64,000 nucleotides of DNA from Octopus vulgaris (taxonomy: Eukaryota): the NCBI GenBank assembly GCA_951406725.2, contig OX597823.1:106826001-106890000 (forward strand). The letters run 5' to 3'. Shown in pieces: positions 41,540 through 54,816 of this stretch. Below the pieces are notes generated by a model. It was not told where the DNA came from. It saw only the letters and a list, made by a program, of their open reading frames with translations, and ran no database searches. A program made the position numbers and the translations under genes. Each line of letters opens with the position of its first letter. Position 1 is the first letter of the stretch.

Positions 41540-43220
41540 TGGAGCGACAGCTTGGTCGTTTAGCAAATAACTGAAATCCAAGCAAGACAGAACTTACAAC
41601 TGAACATTAAGGGCAGCCTTAAACATATCTTGGAGAACACATTCGACCAAAACACAGTTGCATGAGGGAAAAGCGCTTGCGTTTTGAGGGACATTTCTGG
41701 CGAGCAAGAGCTGGCAAGTGACCTATGTCTATAGATCAACTCATCGGGGACACTTGATGCCTCCCCGAAGACCTCCCTCAAATAATGCAGGATCGAGATG
41801 GACGGTGTGTGCAGATGGAAAATACCCGAGCAAGTTCGACCTGGTGATGATGATGATGATTCTGACTCCCTTTCCTTTGATAGATAGGAAGGATAATTGC
41901 ATCTTTCCAGTGCTAGGGGATAGCGCCATCCCTCTAGATTACACTAATAAGTTCATGAATCTTGTGTGATATAACCACGGCCAAAGTGCAAGACTTTAGT
42001 GTAAATTCTGTCTTTACTTGATTCTTTACCTAGACTCAGCTTACTTATTGCTGATACTACCTTGCCTATTTAGAATGTTGAGTCAAATAAACTGATGACA
42101 GGTTTTTGTCAAATAGTATCAGTTACATCTACAACAAAACCACGGTTAAGAAGTTCACAATATCCTCAATCCAGTGACCTGTATATTCTGTTGATTTAAT
42201 TAGTATGATAAAGTTCTCCTTGGAAAGCAGAGGAGCAAATGCAGTAATTTTAAGCCCATAAAATTGTTTCATAAGATGGTATAGCTTCTTACTGTCGTTT
42301 GCATCAGCAGCAGCTTGAGTATCACGAGCAAGACCTTCCCACCATTTTGCATCTTCATGAGTGATAGCGGAGATAAGGATTTTGTAGTCTTGTAATGGTT
42401 AAGTGTTAGATTCTGATGCACAACTGATAACTCCGTATGCAGTAATATGCTGTGAGCATCCTTTTCATCTTATCAGTCCCTATGATTGGCTGTAGTATAT
42501 CTCAGTTTTTCAGCAGCGCAAGGAAAGTCCTGGTCTGGAAACTCTTCCTAAGTTGTAATATCTTCGATGCTGCAAACATGATTCTAAAGACATTCAAGCG
42601 CCAAAAAATTCCAGATGGTTCTCTTCTCTCTTTCACTGTGACTACCATCTGGAACTTTCCTTGTACCAAGAAGTGGTCTGTCCAACGCTCCGATCTATGA
42701 AAGGACTTGCCATTACAAATGTTACAGGTACCACGCTAGCGGATGGTAAAATAATCCAGAAAGTGCTAAACTTTAGACTTCAAGTGTATCCATGTTGTTG
42801 TGTGATCACCTTTGCGTATAAAGTGAGTATTTGCAACGCAAAGACCATATTATTCACAAAGCTCTAGGAACATGAGACCATTACTATTCGTCTTCCCTAC
42901 ACCGAAACGCCCAAAAGGATTCCACATTTGCTAATCTGATCCAACCCTGGCATTGAAATCCGCTAATAGATTGATATTGTTTGGCTCGGGGATTTTCCTG
43001 AGTACAGCACTCAGCTAGGCCTAGAAAGTTGTTTTATCGTCATCACAACTGGTAAGAGTAGGAGTATAGGCAATTATCAGAGTATCAAATCGCATCCCTC
43101 AAGGCTAGACGCATTGTTACCAAACGGTCATATTTTAGCGATTGGAAGCTCCTCCACTTTTTGAGTATTTCGGATCGAACTGCAAACTTAAATCACGTGA
43201 TATGGGAGTTCCAGCACCCG
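41540..43220 (-). pseudogene. Decayed RTE-clade LINE (AP endonuclease and pre-RT region)
   Basis: IIAYTPTL..LLADFNARVGSD..GRFGVGKTNSNGLMFLELC..LCVANTHF..TTWIH..LDY..WTDH; GAIP*HWKDAIILPIYQRKG. Confidence 0.8.
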
Positions 43221-43863
43221 TGGCAGAGGAGTCTCGTCTGCTACGATCTATGTGTGTGCTTTTATGCACCGAGCACCGATATGAGAGGAACTGCTTAGGT
43301 TATTAACGCAGTATTCGGCTTACTAACAAGATATTCGTATTAAGTTGGATATAAAGATTATCTTTGGGTATCAAAATTGCTTCTGTGGCTAATAATTTGT
43401 TCTAAACAAACCTGCTGGCCATTTGCCACATCCGTATCTAAAAAAAATGCTGATATTCTATATATCTCAGCAGCGATATTTGACTAGCATGCGGTGACCG
43501 GACGCCTTCCACTAATGATTTCCAGTAGAATGATATCCCGTAATTTCATTCTATTGTGTGCCTTTATGCAACAAGTGCCTAAATGAGAGGATCTCTCAAG
43601 GCTAATAACGCAGTATTCGGTATTCTAATAAGATACCTATGTTAAGCTGGATATAAAAATTAGCTTACATTATATGTGCCTAGTTCGAGAAAAGTAAGCT
43701 TTCGGGTCTACATTCAGTTTTCTTATCTAACAGAGTACAGGTATTCCAATATGAAATATTTATCTTCCATCCAGATTTTATAAACATTTTCTTTGTTTTC
43801 CGAGCACAAGATGAACATCCCGCAGTCCGTTGGAGTAAAAAGACAGGCAATTATTAGTTTTAG

Positions 43864-44212
43864 ACATACATACATACGTACATACATACATACATACATA
43901 CATACATACATACATACATACATACATACATACACACATACACATACATACATACATACATACGTACGTACGTACGTACGTACATACATACATACATACA
44001 TACATACATACATACATACATACATACATACATACATACATACATACATACATACATACATACATACATACATACATACAAACATACATACAAACATACA
44101 TACATACATACATACATACATACATACATACATACATACATACATACATACATACATACATACATACATACATACATACATACATACATACATACATACA
44201 TACATACATACA
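43864..44212. repeat. (TACA)n microsatellite
   Basis: Direct tetranucleotide repeats. Confidence 0.95.
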
Positions 44213-44213
44213 T

Positions 44214-44303
44214 GGATATCTGACTCACTAGAAAGAAAGTGATTGAAATTACAACAATTAGTGGCTTGGCGTTTAACTGCTCTTTCTAGTGAGTCAGATA
44301 TCC
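44214..44303. repeat. Perfect 23-bp inverted repeat with 44-nt spacer
   Basis: ggatatctgactcactagaaaga / tctttctagtgagtcagatatcc. Confidence 0.9.
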
Positions 44304-44555
44304 TACTTTTGGGGTATCTTTTATGTGCTTGAATGTACACTGTATTCTTTTCTGAATAATGTATAGTCTATGGACTAAATTTTTTCCCTCTCGCTACACC
44401 ATAAATATTCTTGCTACCCTAAGATTTTAATTAATGAAAAAATGTACGTACGTACGTACATACATACATACATACATACATACATACATAAATACATACA
44501 TACATACATACATACATACATAATACATACATACATACATACATACATACATACA

Positions 44556-44887
44556 TGGTGGCTGCCCCCTCGTTATCGAGTATGGCTATTGCACGAAGCT
44601 TAATCAATGTTGTTATTGTGCAATGCCTGTGCAAGAAGATTTTTTTTAAGTGAGGAAAGGCTGTGCACTGAGTCAATCCCACTCACTAAGCAACAGCAGC
44701 CATAATCCGAAAAGAAGAACAAGTCAACATCATCGGTAACCACTGAGCCGCAGGTTTTATGTCGGAGTTATCCCAGTTACCTGAGTTACCTTCTCCTAGA
44801 AGGATGCCCCAACAAAGGCTAGGAGTCCTTCACTCCCAATGCGCGATTGGGTATTCAGTCCGATTATTTCTATGTCCTCGTGCATGG
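44556..44887 (-). mobile_element. Short RTE-related non-autonomous retroelement in a (TACA)n array
   Basis: On - strand, ggcatccttctaggagaaggtaactc (RTE 5' UTR-like) and 3' end ctcgataacgagggggcagcc followed by (ATGT)n; microsatellite on both flanks. Confidence 0.5.
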
Positions 44888-44919
44888 TACATACATACAT
44901 ACGTACGTACATACATACA

Positions 44920-44952
<33 letters not shown>

Positions 44953-45644
44953 TTATTTACGAAGGTAGGATGTGACTTGTTGGCAATTTGGCTGCTATCT
45001 CTAGAAGATCAGAAGGCTTCATATACTCGCATCCACATTGGCTGGTTTAAACATTAGTAGCTAGAAATGCGGGGAAGTTAGATTCTATTCTGTATTCTAT
45101 TTATCAGTGAACTTTGTTTGACTGATAATAGAAAGCAGTTCATTGGTGGCTGCTATTAGAGAAGCAACAGAAGAAATAACATAATCTCTACAGTATAACT
45201 ATATTATTTTATAGACAGGAGGCTATAATACTAGACAAGGTTCAAAAGGCATGGAATAGGTGATAAATATATAATTTATTCATATTGCGCTAATTTGATA
45301 TAAATAAGTGTTAATAATTGTGATGGGGAAAATGTATGTAGATGTGGGCGTGAACCTGCGAGTGTATATGTGTGGCAGTGCTTGCGAGTATATCATTGTG
45401 TTCGTGCTTTCATACATGCGTAGGAGATAATGCTTGGGATTCGATATAAGCATACATCACACATACGTACACACATACACGGATACACACCCACACGCCC
45501 ACTCACATACACATACACACACACAAACACACATAAACACACACTCACATACACACACAACATATAACTTCTAGTTTTGTGTAATTTGTGTATTCTTTAC
45601 AATATATTGTGATGCCAAATTTAAAGAATCCTTGTATCTATGTG

Positions 45645-45726
<82 letters not shown>

Positions 45727-45744
45727 TGTATACACACATATATA

Positions 45745-46160
45745 TATTCTTTTAATTGTTTCAGTCTTTTCACTGCGGCCATGCTGGAACACCGCCTTGA
45801 CGGCTTTCTTTTAATGGTCAAATCGATTCCAGGAATCGATTTGTACGGAACTACTTATATCGGTCCCTTTAGCAGAACTGCTAAATTACGGGGACGTAAA
45901 CACACTAACACCAGTTGTCAAAAGGTGAAGTAAGTAGGTAGGTAGGTAGGTAGGTAGGTAGGCAGCTATGTATTCGTAAGACAATTTGAATAATTTATTC
46001 CAGGTCATGGTGCTCTTACACACAGTTTCCGTGACCAGATTCACTTATAAGGCATTGGTTAACCCAGGATTGAAGCAGAAGACATTTGCCTATGGTGCTG
46101 TGCAGTGACATTGAACCCGACAGCACGTGATTGCAAAGCGAGCTTCTTAGCTTCACAGCC
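45745..46160 (-). mobile_element. Diverged SINE family B copy
   Basis: ctgcggccatgctggaacaccgcc..ggggacgtaaacacactaac..gaagacatttgcc. Confidence 0.8.
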
Positions 46161-47233
46161 ATATTTTTCCTTTTATTTTCTTTTATTCTGTTCTATTTTA
46201 TTTATTTTACTTTTCACAAAGACCATAGATTGTCATTTGAAAGAGATTTGGTTGCTATTTCTCCACGATCAAAGTCTATATGCATGCTGCTTTAACATGA
46301 TGACGTTGAGCAGGGTCAGGTCCTTGCCCTCAAAATGTTCCGATTTTCTTTTCTGTTGCCCCTTACAACCTCACTTCGTGTTCAACAACAAATAGTGAAT
46401 GTATCTTCGAACCCAATCACTTGGGAACTTTTGGTTTACGACACAGCATTATTACATTGCATTCATATTAGACCGATATTTATCTAAATTTAATTTCATG
46501 TGTGATTGCGTATCTCCGTGCGTATGCGTGCGTGTGTGCGTGCTTGCGAGAGGGTGAGTGTCGCTCAGTAAGTATTTAGGGCATTACACAGTATATTTAA
46601 TTACAAACAGAAAGAAGAGAGAGAGGAGAGAGAGAGGGGGGTGAGAGATGCAAAGGATGGGCTGGTGATGTGTGAATAAGCTAAGGGAATAAGAAAACAA
46701 ACAAAAATATTTTAAATGAGAAAGAGACATCGAAGAATGTAATGATGTCAAAGGGAGTAATTAAGGCATAGATGTTTGATGGCAGTAAAATAAGGTTAAT
46801 TAGAAGAAATTCTAGAAGATTCGAATTAATTCTAATTAATCTTTAACTAGAATTTTTCTTTCTTTTTTCAGTGACAAATGTTTGACATATGTCTATGTTT
46901 CAGAACGTAGTACAAGAGAGGGTGCCAGTAGATCTAGTATTGATTCCCAGTCACACCAAAAACAGCATCATTCCTTTGTAAGCAATCGTCGTAGTTATTG
47001 TTAGCAAACAGGGAATACCGTGTATTGAATGGTGGGTGCAGTGTGCGGGTGGCCACCCAGCGAAGCTAACATGGCGTATATAGATGAAAACATACATGAA
47101 AGATGACAGGATTTGTAATGAAGAGGAAAAGAGAAAAAACATATATATATATATAGTAATGCGTGTGTTTGTATATTTATATACGTGTGCATGTCTTTCT
47201 CTGTGTTTATATACATGTGTGAGTGTGTGTTTA

Positions 47234-47273
<40 letters not shown>

Positions 47274-47276
<3 letters not shown>

Positions 47277-47475
47277 AGAATTCACAAGAAAAAAACAAAA
47301 GATGAAGACAGGTGGTGTAGAAAAGAAACAGATGTATTAGTATAACGCTCGGGAATTGAAAAAGTCTTTAACGTTTCGAGCAAAAACTCTTCCACAGAAA
47401 GGAACACAGAAAGAAACAAGGAGAGAAAATAAAGAATGTGTAGTGGATAGCGATCTATTATGGCGAAGGCCATGG
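47274..47475 (-). mobile_element. Penelope-like terminal repeat solo copy between (TA)n tracts
   Basis: Matches 37670-37853; hammerhead-like motif at 47366-47401. Confidence 0.8.
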
Positions 47476-47559
<84 letters not shown>

Positions 47560-47694
47560 ATAATATATATATATATATACATATATATAAACACACACAC
47601 ATATGTATATAAACACATATGCATATACTGATAGGCACAAACACACACACACACATATATACATACATACATACACAAACAAACATATCTAAAT

Positions 47695-47825
47695 ATTCTT
47701 TTCTACTCTAGGGCCAAGGTCCGAAATGTTTGGAGAGGGGGCCAGTCGATTAGATCGACCTTAGTACGCAATTGGTACTTAATTTATCGACCCCGAAAGA
47801 GGAAAATCAAAGTCGACCTGGTGGC
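47695..47825 (-). mobile_element. SINE family A-related 3' part (alternative tail)
   Basis: agtcgattagatcgacc..ggtacttaatttatcgaccccgaaag..aaagtcgacc. Confidence 0.8.
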
Positions 47826-47862
47826 TTTTCATGTGATACAGGATAGAAAGAGTGAAACAGTT

Positions 47863-47906
47863 TCCAGACGGGCCGTTTCACGATATATTGACTCCTCTTC
47901 AGAGAA
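47863..47906 (-). ncRNA. Degenerate hammerhead-like motif
   Basis: ttct-CTGAAGA-ggagtcaatatatcgt-GAAAC-gg(c)cc-GTC-tgga; stems I and II imperfect. Confidence 0.4.
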
Positions 47907-49044
47907 GACGTACTCGCTTTTTCCGTAATCGATAGCACAGAAACCCTATCAGCTATATATATATTAGTTATAAATTAGATTACCACATTTGTGTGGGAAC
48001 ACAAAGAACAGATGATGTCTCTCGTGTTGTGTGTAGCGGTTTTGCATGTGGGCGAGCGTTCAATGCTTGATTCAGTCAAATTATATATATTCCTGTTCAG
48101 GCATAATTAAGTTACTGCTTCGCAAATAATGGAATAACTAATAAGAGTATTATCCTTACTAAAGACAATGGAATGAGAACTATCTTAAAGCGTTCAGTTC
48201 AACGTTCCATAAATATTTCCAAATGCAACAGGCTCTCGTTGAAAACTGGTGAGAACATTGCCAGTTACAATGTGTCTATAAAAACCAAGACGAATATACT
48301 TGTCTGAAAATGATTATAGGTGGAGGTTCTAGGCAATATTTTGTTACTTAAATATTATGCAAAAGCAAATAAGCATCGATATCTTCTATATATCTTATGT
48401 ATATTTATTAATATATGTATATATATTTGATGGTGCATATTCAATATTATGTGTGTATATCCTATAGCACACGCACAAATACACACATGCGCACACACAC
48501 TCATACACTCGCACATATCTGTATATATATATGTGTCTATATATACACCCTCATACACACACATTCATACACACACAGATATGCATCTTTTGCTGCATAT
48601 TTCAGTAAGACCATTGTAAGAATAAGAATATGACATAAAATATAAGAGGATATCACATTTCATAAAAGAAAATTAACTGTGACCTCTGAGAGAATATTCA
48701 ATACAATATTGAATGCAAAAGATGTGGAGAAAAAAACAACCAGACAAACATAAAACACACAACAACAACAACAACAGCAATGCATACGGGTGTTGATTGA
48801 ATATATATATTCAAGTAAGAGAATACTTTAAAATAGTTCGGTAGAGAAAAAAATAGGGTGTTGGAAATAATAGAAGAAAATTAAGAAGCACTGGCACCCC
48901 TTCCTCTCCATCTCTCTCCGACTTCTATTTGATCCAGAATACAATGGCATTATATTGATGTAATCTTGGATCAAACGAACTGAGGCAATAACGTGAACGC
49001 CAGCAACATTAACAACAACAATAATAAAACAACAACAAAAACAA

Positions 49045-49171
<127 letters not shown>

Positions 49172-49694
49172 AGCAAAAACAAAAGCAATATCTATGATAA
49201 ATAGAAACAGTTGGTTGTAATATTATATAAACATATCGAACGAAAAAAAAATTGCGAGAAAAGTCTTCAAGGTGAAACGAGAAAAGATAAAACACACTCG
49301 CTGGAAAAAGAAGAAGAAAAATAGTTAATAAATAAAATATGGAGGAAAAGTTGGGTAAGAAGAATGGGAAAAAAAAAAAATAGAGTCGATAGGTTGTGAT
49401 GGAATATATGGCAATGAAAGGCTGGAAAACGTAACAAGGAGGCGAATCCCATAGGCGACAGAAATAAATGGAACAATAACAAAGAAACAGTTAACAATCA
49501 ATCAAGGAAGATTGAAAATTTTTCAACAACACCTCTCTCCACACCTATTCTCTTTTATATGACAATGCCACCCTCTCTTTTCTAAAATACCACAATGCAT
49601 ATTCTCCATGTTTTCTCATACACAAGAAATACTTGTAAAAACATTTTATAATTAGTTTTACTTTCTTCTTATATGTATGTGTGCCTGTATGTGC

Positions 49695-49747
<53 letters not shown>

Positions 49748-49879
49748 TATATATATGTGTGTGTATATATAAATATAATATATATATTCTTGTGTTTATA
49801 TGTTACATATATATATTTATATATATAATATACTTATATATATATATATATATACATATCTATATATATATATATATCT

Positions 49880-49945
<66 letters not shown>

Positions 49946-49959
49946 CGTATGTATGTATG

Positions 49960-49993
<34 letters not shown>

Positions 49994-49999
49994 CGTATG

Positions 50000-50136
<137 letters not shown>

Positions 50137-50479
50137 GTGTATGTATGTTTGTGTATGTCATAATGAATATATCCATATTTGAACATTGCTGATCGTATAC
50201 ACAATGAAGTACCTGGATTTATATAGTGTCGCGAGGTGGCAGCAAATGTTTGATTATCCGACCTTTAGTTACGTCACCTAAGTAACGTGTTCCAATCACA
50301 GTAATGTCATCATAACATGTCATCCCACGGATGCTGACACGTAGACACAACTGACCATTCGAACGTAAGCAATGATATTTGATTTATACGTAGTCAATTA
50401 TTTAAGAAATGCAATGGAATCGTTATGCACCTGGAAATCCATCATTGACCACCTTGTATGAAGGCGATATATATATATT

Positions 50480-50690
50480 ATTCAAAATGTGACCGCGAGT
50501 GTATCATTGGCGATTTTTTTCCTCTGTCTTCCCTTCTTTGGATCTTTCCTTTTCCTATGTTTCTGACGAAGAGCTCCGCTCGAAACGTTAAACCCTCCTT
50601 CTTCCCTTCCTTCTTGAGCGTCCAATAATACTATACTTGTTCCTCGTCCTCGCGTTGTTGTGTTTTCTCTTTGCATTTTCATGTTTGGAT

Positions 50691-50700
<10 letters not shown>
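50480..50700 (+). mobile_element. Penelope-like terminal-repeat-type element with a canonical minimal hammerhead
   Basis: gttt-CTGACGA-a-gagc(tcc)gctc-GAAAC-GTT-aaac at 50559-50593; (TA)n on both flanks. Confidence 0.75.
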
Positions 50701-50768
<68 letters not shown>

Positions 50769-51098
50769 TGCTTATTAATGTAATCATGTATGCATTTATA
50801 TATGTGTATGTGAGTAAGTTGGTATGTATGTATACAGCGTAATGTAAGTATTACAAAACAGTATATTATTTATGTACGGTAGAAATGTAATCTGCGTTAT
50901 CTTGTACAGAACACCACAGGGTGGAACATGCGCGGCAAACCTCGATTGGATTGTCAGTTTTTGATATAACAAACATACATGTCATATTCCATATGTATAA
51001 ACTAAGCATTTTTGAAAACTCCTGATAATACTACGGATACTTGCCTTATTTCTCTTGTCCACGTACTCACACACCCCACACACACGCACATCCACACA

Positions 51099-51174
<76 letters not shown>

Positions 51175-51177
<3 letters not shown>

Positions 51178-51351
51178 GGGGGTGCTGAAACATTCCTGGC
51201 TTCAAAGGTATCGCGAAAGGCGCGGCTGGAGGTCCAAACTTCCGAGTTCGGAAACACTGTAATAGGTGTGTGAATCTGAGACGGGGATATATTGAATAAG
51301 ACCCTCCTGTATTTTCTTCTACCAAAGCCAGGAACTATTCAGCATCCCACG
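51175..51351. mobile_element. Mariner-type MITE
   Basis: Imperfect TIRs gggggtgctgaaacattcctggctt / aagccaggaactattcagcatccc; TA follows the right end. Confidence 0.7.
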
Positions 51352-51354
<3 letters not shown>

Positions 51355-51395
<41 letters not shown>

Positions 51396-51789
51396 TATAC
51401 ATATATATACATATATATACATATATATACATATATAGGAGATAGGGGTACGTTACGCCGCAATAATATATGTATAGAAATTAAATATAAAACATAAATT
51501 ACAAAGTGGGACAAGAACGCAAAAACACACAAAGAGACGACACAAAAAAACAGACGGGTCACTCGAAGCCTCTAATCTTCAGTCGGGAACCTCCGAAATT
51601 GCTAAGATGATCCGGTTCCCGACTGAAGATTAGAGGCTTCGAGTGACCCGTCTGTTTTTTTGTGTCGTCTCTTTGTGTGTTTTTGCGTTCTTGTCCCACT
51701 TTGTAATTTATGTTTTATATTTAATTTCTATACATATATTATTGCGGCGTAACGTACCCCTATCTCCTATATATGTATATATATGTATA

Positions 51790-51854
<65 letters not shown>
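51355..51854. repeat. Near-perfect long inverted repeat with 22-nt spacer
   Basis: About 155 bp unique arms (51437-51591 / 51614-51768) extending into mirrored TA-rich tracts; the two ORFs from opposite strands begin with identical translations. Confidence 0.92.
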
Positions 51855-51856
<2 letters not shown>

Positions 51857-51896
51857 CGCCGAGGCATAATTTGAAACTGACTTGAAAATTGGAAAT

Positions 51897-51939
51897 CCAC
51901 CTGAAGATTGTCGATCAGGACATGAAACAATTGTAGTGG
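51897..51939 (+). ncRNA. Type I minimal hammerhead ribozyme motif
   Basis: ccac-CTGAAGA-t-tgtc(gatcag)gaca-t-GAAAC-aatt-GTA-gtgg; palindromic ACAATTGT stem III. Confidence 0.72.
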
Positions 51940-52060
51940 CGGTTTTTTTACTTTTTATTAAAATTTTATGTATTGATTAAGTCTTTCCTTGTTTGTTTTG
52001 CAAAATAGTGGTTTTGTCTCTAATTAATATTATATGTATATATATATGTATATACATATG

Positions 52061-52147
<87 letters not shown>

Positions 52148-52489
52148 GTACAGAATATGGGGGTTTAGTTCACTAGTAATCTAGACGAATATGTACGCTG
52201 GGTAAGTGCTGTAACGGATTATCAGGGTTCCAAGCTCGTAACTGAAACGGGAGCTGTGGAACCATATTAGGTTTCCGATTTAACAGGTATACATTTGTGA
52301 AAGGGGACAACAAACGCCGAGGCATAACGAGCATCTTAATTCATATATTGTTCTTAAATTAATTGAGGTTTAATAATATAACATAATGTATATGAGTTGA
52401 GATGCTTACTATGCCTCGGCGCTTGTCTTCCTTCACAAATACACACGCACATAAATAAATAAATGCATACATACATACAAGCATACATA

Positions 52490-52570
52490 CATCTGTATGT
52501 TTGCCCGACTAAACCCTTCAAAGCGGTACCCCAGCATTGTCGCAATCTAATGACTGAAACAAGTAAATAT
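52490..52570 (+). mobile_element. SINE family B 3' tail fragment
   Basis: cgactaaacccttcaaagcggtaccccagcat..aatgactgaaacaagtaaa. Confidence 0.7.
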
Positions 52571-52628
52571 ATATATATTTACAGATACACACACACACTC
52601 TCTCTCTCTCTCACACACACACACACAT

Positions 52629-52724
<96 letters not shown>

Positions 52725-53285
52725 TTAATGCTGTTGCTTCAATTATCCTTTTATTCAGTTAACACATTTTGTCCTACTGTTGATAATTTTTGCTGTAATG
52801 TTCTGGTTTGTTGTTGTTATCAGCTGTTTTCTCAATCTATTCGAATTCTCTACGCCAAGTGTTACCTGATGAAGTTGGGGTGGGTGGGGGGGGTAGACGA
52901 GTAACGCATGAAAGCAATGCGTAAAGGTAGTCTTTGAAATATTTCAACATAAACATTGTCAGATATGTAAATGCTTATACGTGTTCACATATGCGTAACC
53001 GAGAACGTGTGTATATATGTATGTATGTATGTATATATACACACACACACACAGACATATATATGTGTGTGTGCATGTATGTGGGGGATAATTTAATAGG
53101 CAGTGTGTTCAACGTTTCGTGTGGTGTATGGTTTATTAGTACTAAAGATGTCAAACACACGCTGTAACTTCGAAGTAACATTCCTCCCATGATTAATATG
53201 AAGAGGAAACTCTACACTTAAATTAAATCCCAAAGTCAGTTAATGATCTCTACTTTTTGCCTACAAAGTATTTCTGTTATACAAG

Positions 53286-53397
<112 letters not shown>

Positions 53398-53669
53398 AAA
53401 ATTACGAATTAAAAGCCGTTCTAGTAATGTAAAGTTTACCTCTCGCACGAACACATAGTGTATGAGTTTCGATTAAACATCCACTTGTTGCGGGACAGCG
53501 TGTGTTAAAGAACACCGAGTCTCTCAGACCAGTTGAGACAATTTGCCTCGAAATGATCGAGAATGGTAGATACCGTTATTTCGGCATTATTGTGGTTGAT
53601 GAATTTCATATACACAGATCACCTCGAAACAAAATGAATTGCTAGTCTGGAATTTATATGTAAACTGTA

Positions 53670-54060
53670 GGCGCGGGAGTGGCTGTATGGTAAGTAGCTT
53701 GCTAACCAACCACATGGTTCCGGGTTCAGTCCCACTGCGTGACATCTTGGGCAAGTGTCTTCTACTATAGCCCCGGGCCGACCAATGCCTTGTGAGTGGA
53801 TTTGGTAGACGGAAACTGAAAGAAGCCTGTCGTATATATGTATATATGTGTGTGTTTGTGTGTCTGTGTTTGTCCCCCTAGCATTGCTTGGCAACCGATG
53901 CTGGTGTGTTTATGTCCCCGTCACTTAGCGGTTCGGCAAAAGATACCGATAGAATAAGTACTGGGCTTACAAAGAATAAGTCCAGGGGTCGATTTACTCG
54001 ACTAAAGGCGGTGCTCCAGCATGGCCGCAGTCAAATGTCTGAAACAAATAAAAGAGTAAA
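53670..54060 (+). mobile_element. SINE family B full copy (tRNA-like head, CORE-like segment)
   Basis: gtggctgtatggtaag A-box, gggttcagtccc B-box-like, cttgggcaagtg CORE-like, tail ggcggtgctccagcatggccgcag..ctgaaac. Confidence 0.93.
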
Positions 54061-54467
54061 CTAGCAGCAAAGCCCGGTTTCATTTCACCCGGTCTGTTTG
54101 GATGATGTGGTTGTGATCGTTTTCGATTAGGCATAATCTATTACAGCGTTTGTCAACCTTATCATTTCGGGTCCCCTGTTTCAATTGGAGCCTCCAACTA
54201 TATGAAAATCTCCTGACCCCACCCCGTCAGAAAACAGCTTCTAAGCAACTAGTTGTTTTAATGGCAGAAGAAAGAGGAAAATTCCATTAGAAAAGTTTTC
54301 TCGCTAAGTATGGGGGTTATGAAAAAAATACAAACTGCATTCCAATCCATGCACCTGTCTCTACATGTCTGCCATTTTTCATGCGAATCCACCCAGCCGT
54401 TTGACTGTGAACCTCAAGACAAGAAAGAATACAACGATCGCCCACGTCCAATTTATATTATAGAAGA
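54061..54467 (-). mobile_element. Non-autonomous Helitron-like element
   Basis: On - strand, A|TCTTCTATAATATAAA start and ccgggtgaaatgaaaccggg hairpin before CTAG|T. Confidence 0.7.
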
Positions 54468-54783
54468 TAGAGTGAAGTCTGATATGCTGTAGCGTAGCAC
54501 AGATGACACAAAACCAAATTACGAATTAAAAGCAGTTCTTGTAATGTAAACATTATTGGAAGCACATTCATAGTGCAAGTCTTTTGATTCAATGCCTATT
54601 TACTGCGGGATAGCGCCCGGGGGAATCTCCCTGCACGGCGCCGAATGTTAAAGAACACGGAGTGTCTCAGAACATTATGTGTGTGTGCGCGTGTGTGTGT
54701 GTAAGGGCGTGTGTGTGTATGTGTGCACATACAGAAACACACACACAGATATACATGTATATGTACATATGTATGAATGTATG

Positions 54784-54816
<33 letters not shown>

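Noticed and set aside
51592-51640. gaaa...ctgaaga across the palindrome centre as a permuted hammerhead
   Set aside because: Stems II and III do not pair convincingly
52862-52930. ctgatga...gaaagcaatgcgta hammerhead-like remnant
   Set aside because: Needs an inserted base and has no credible stem II; too degenerate to call
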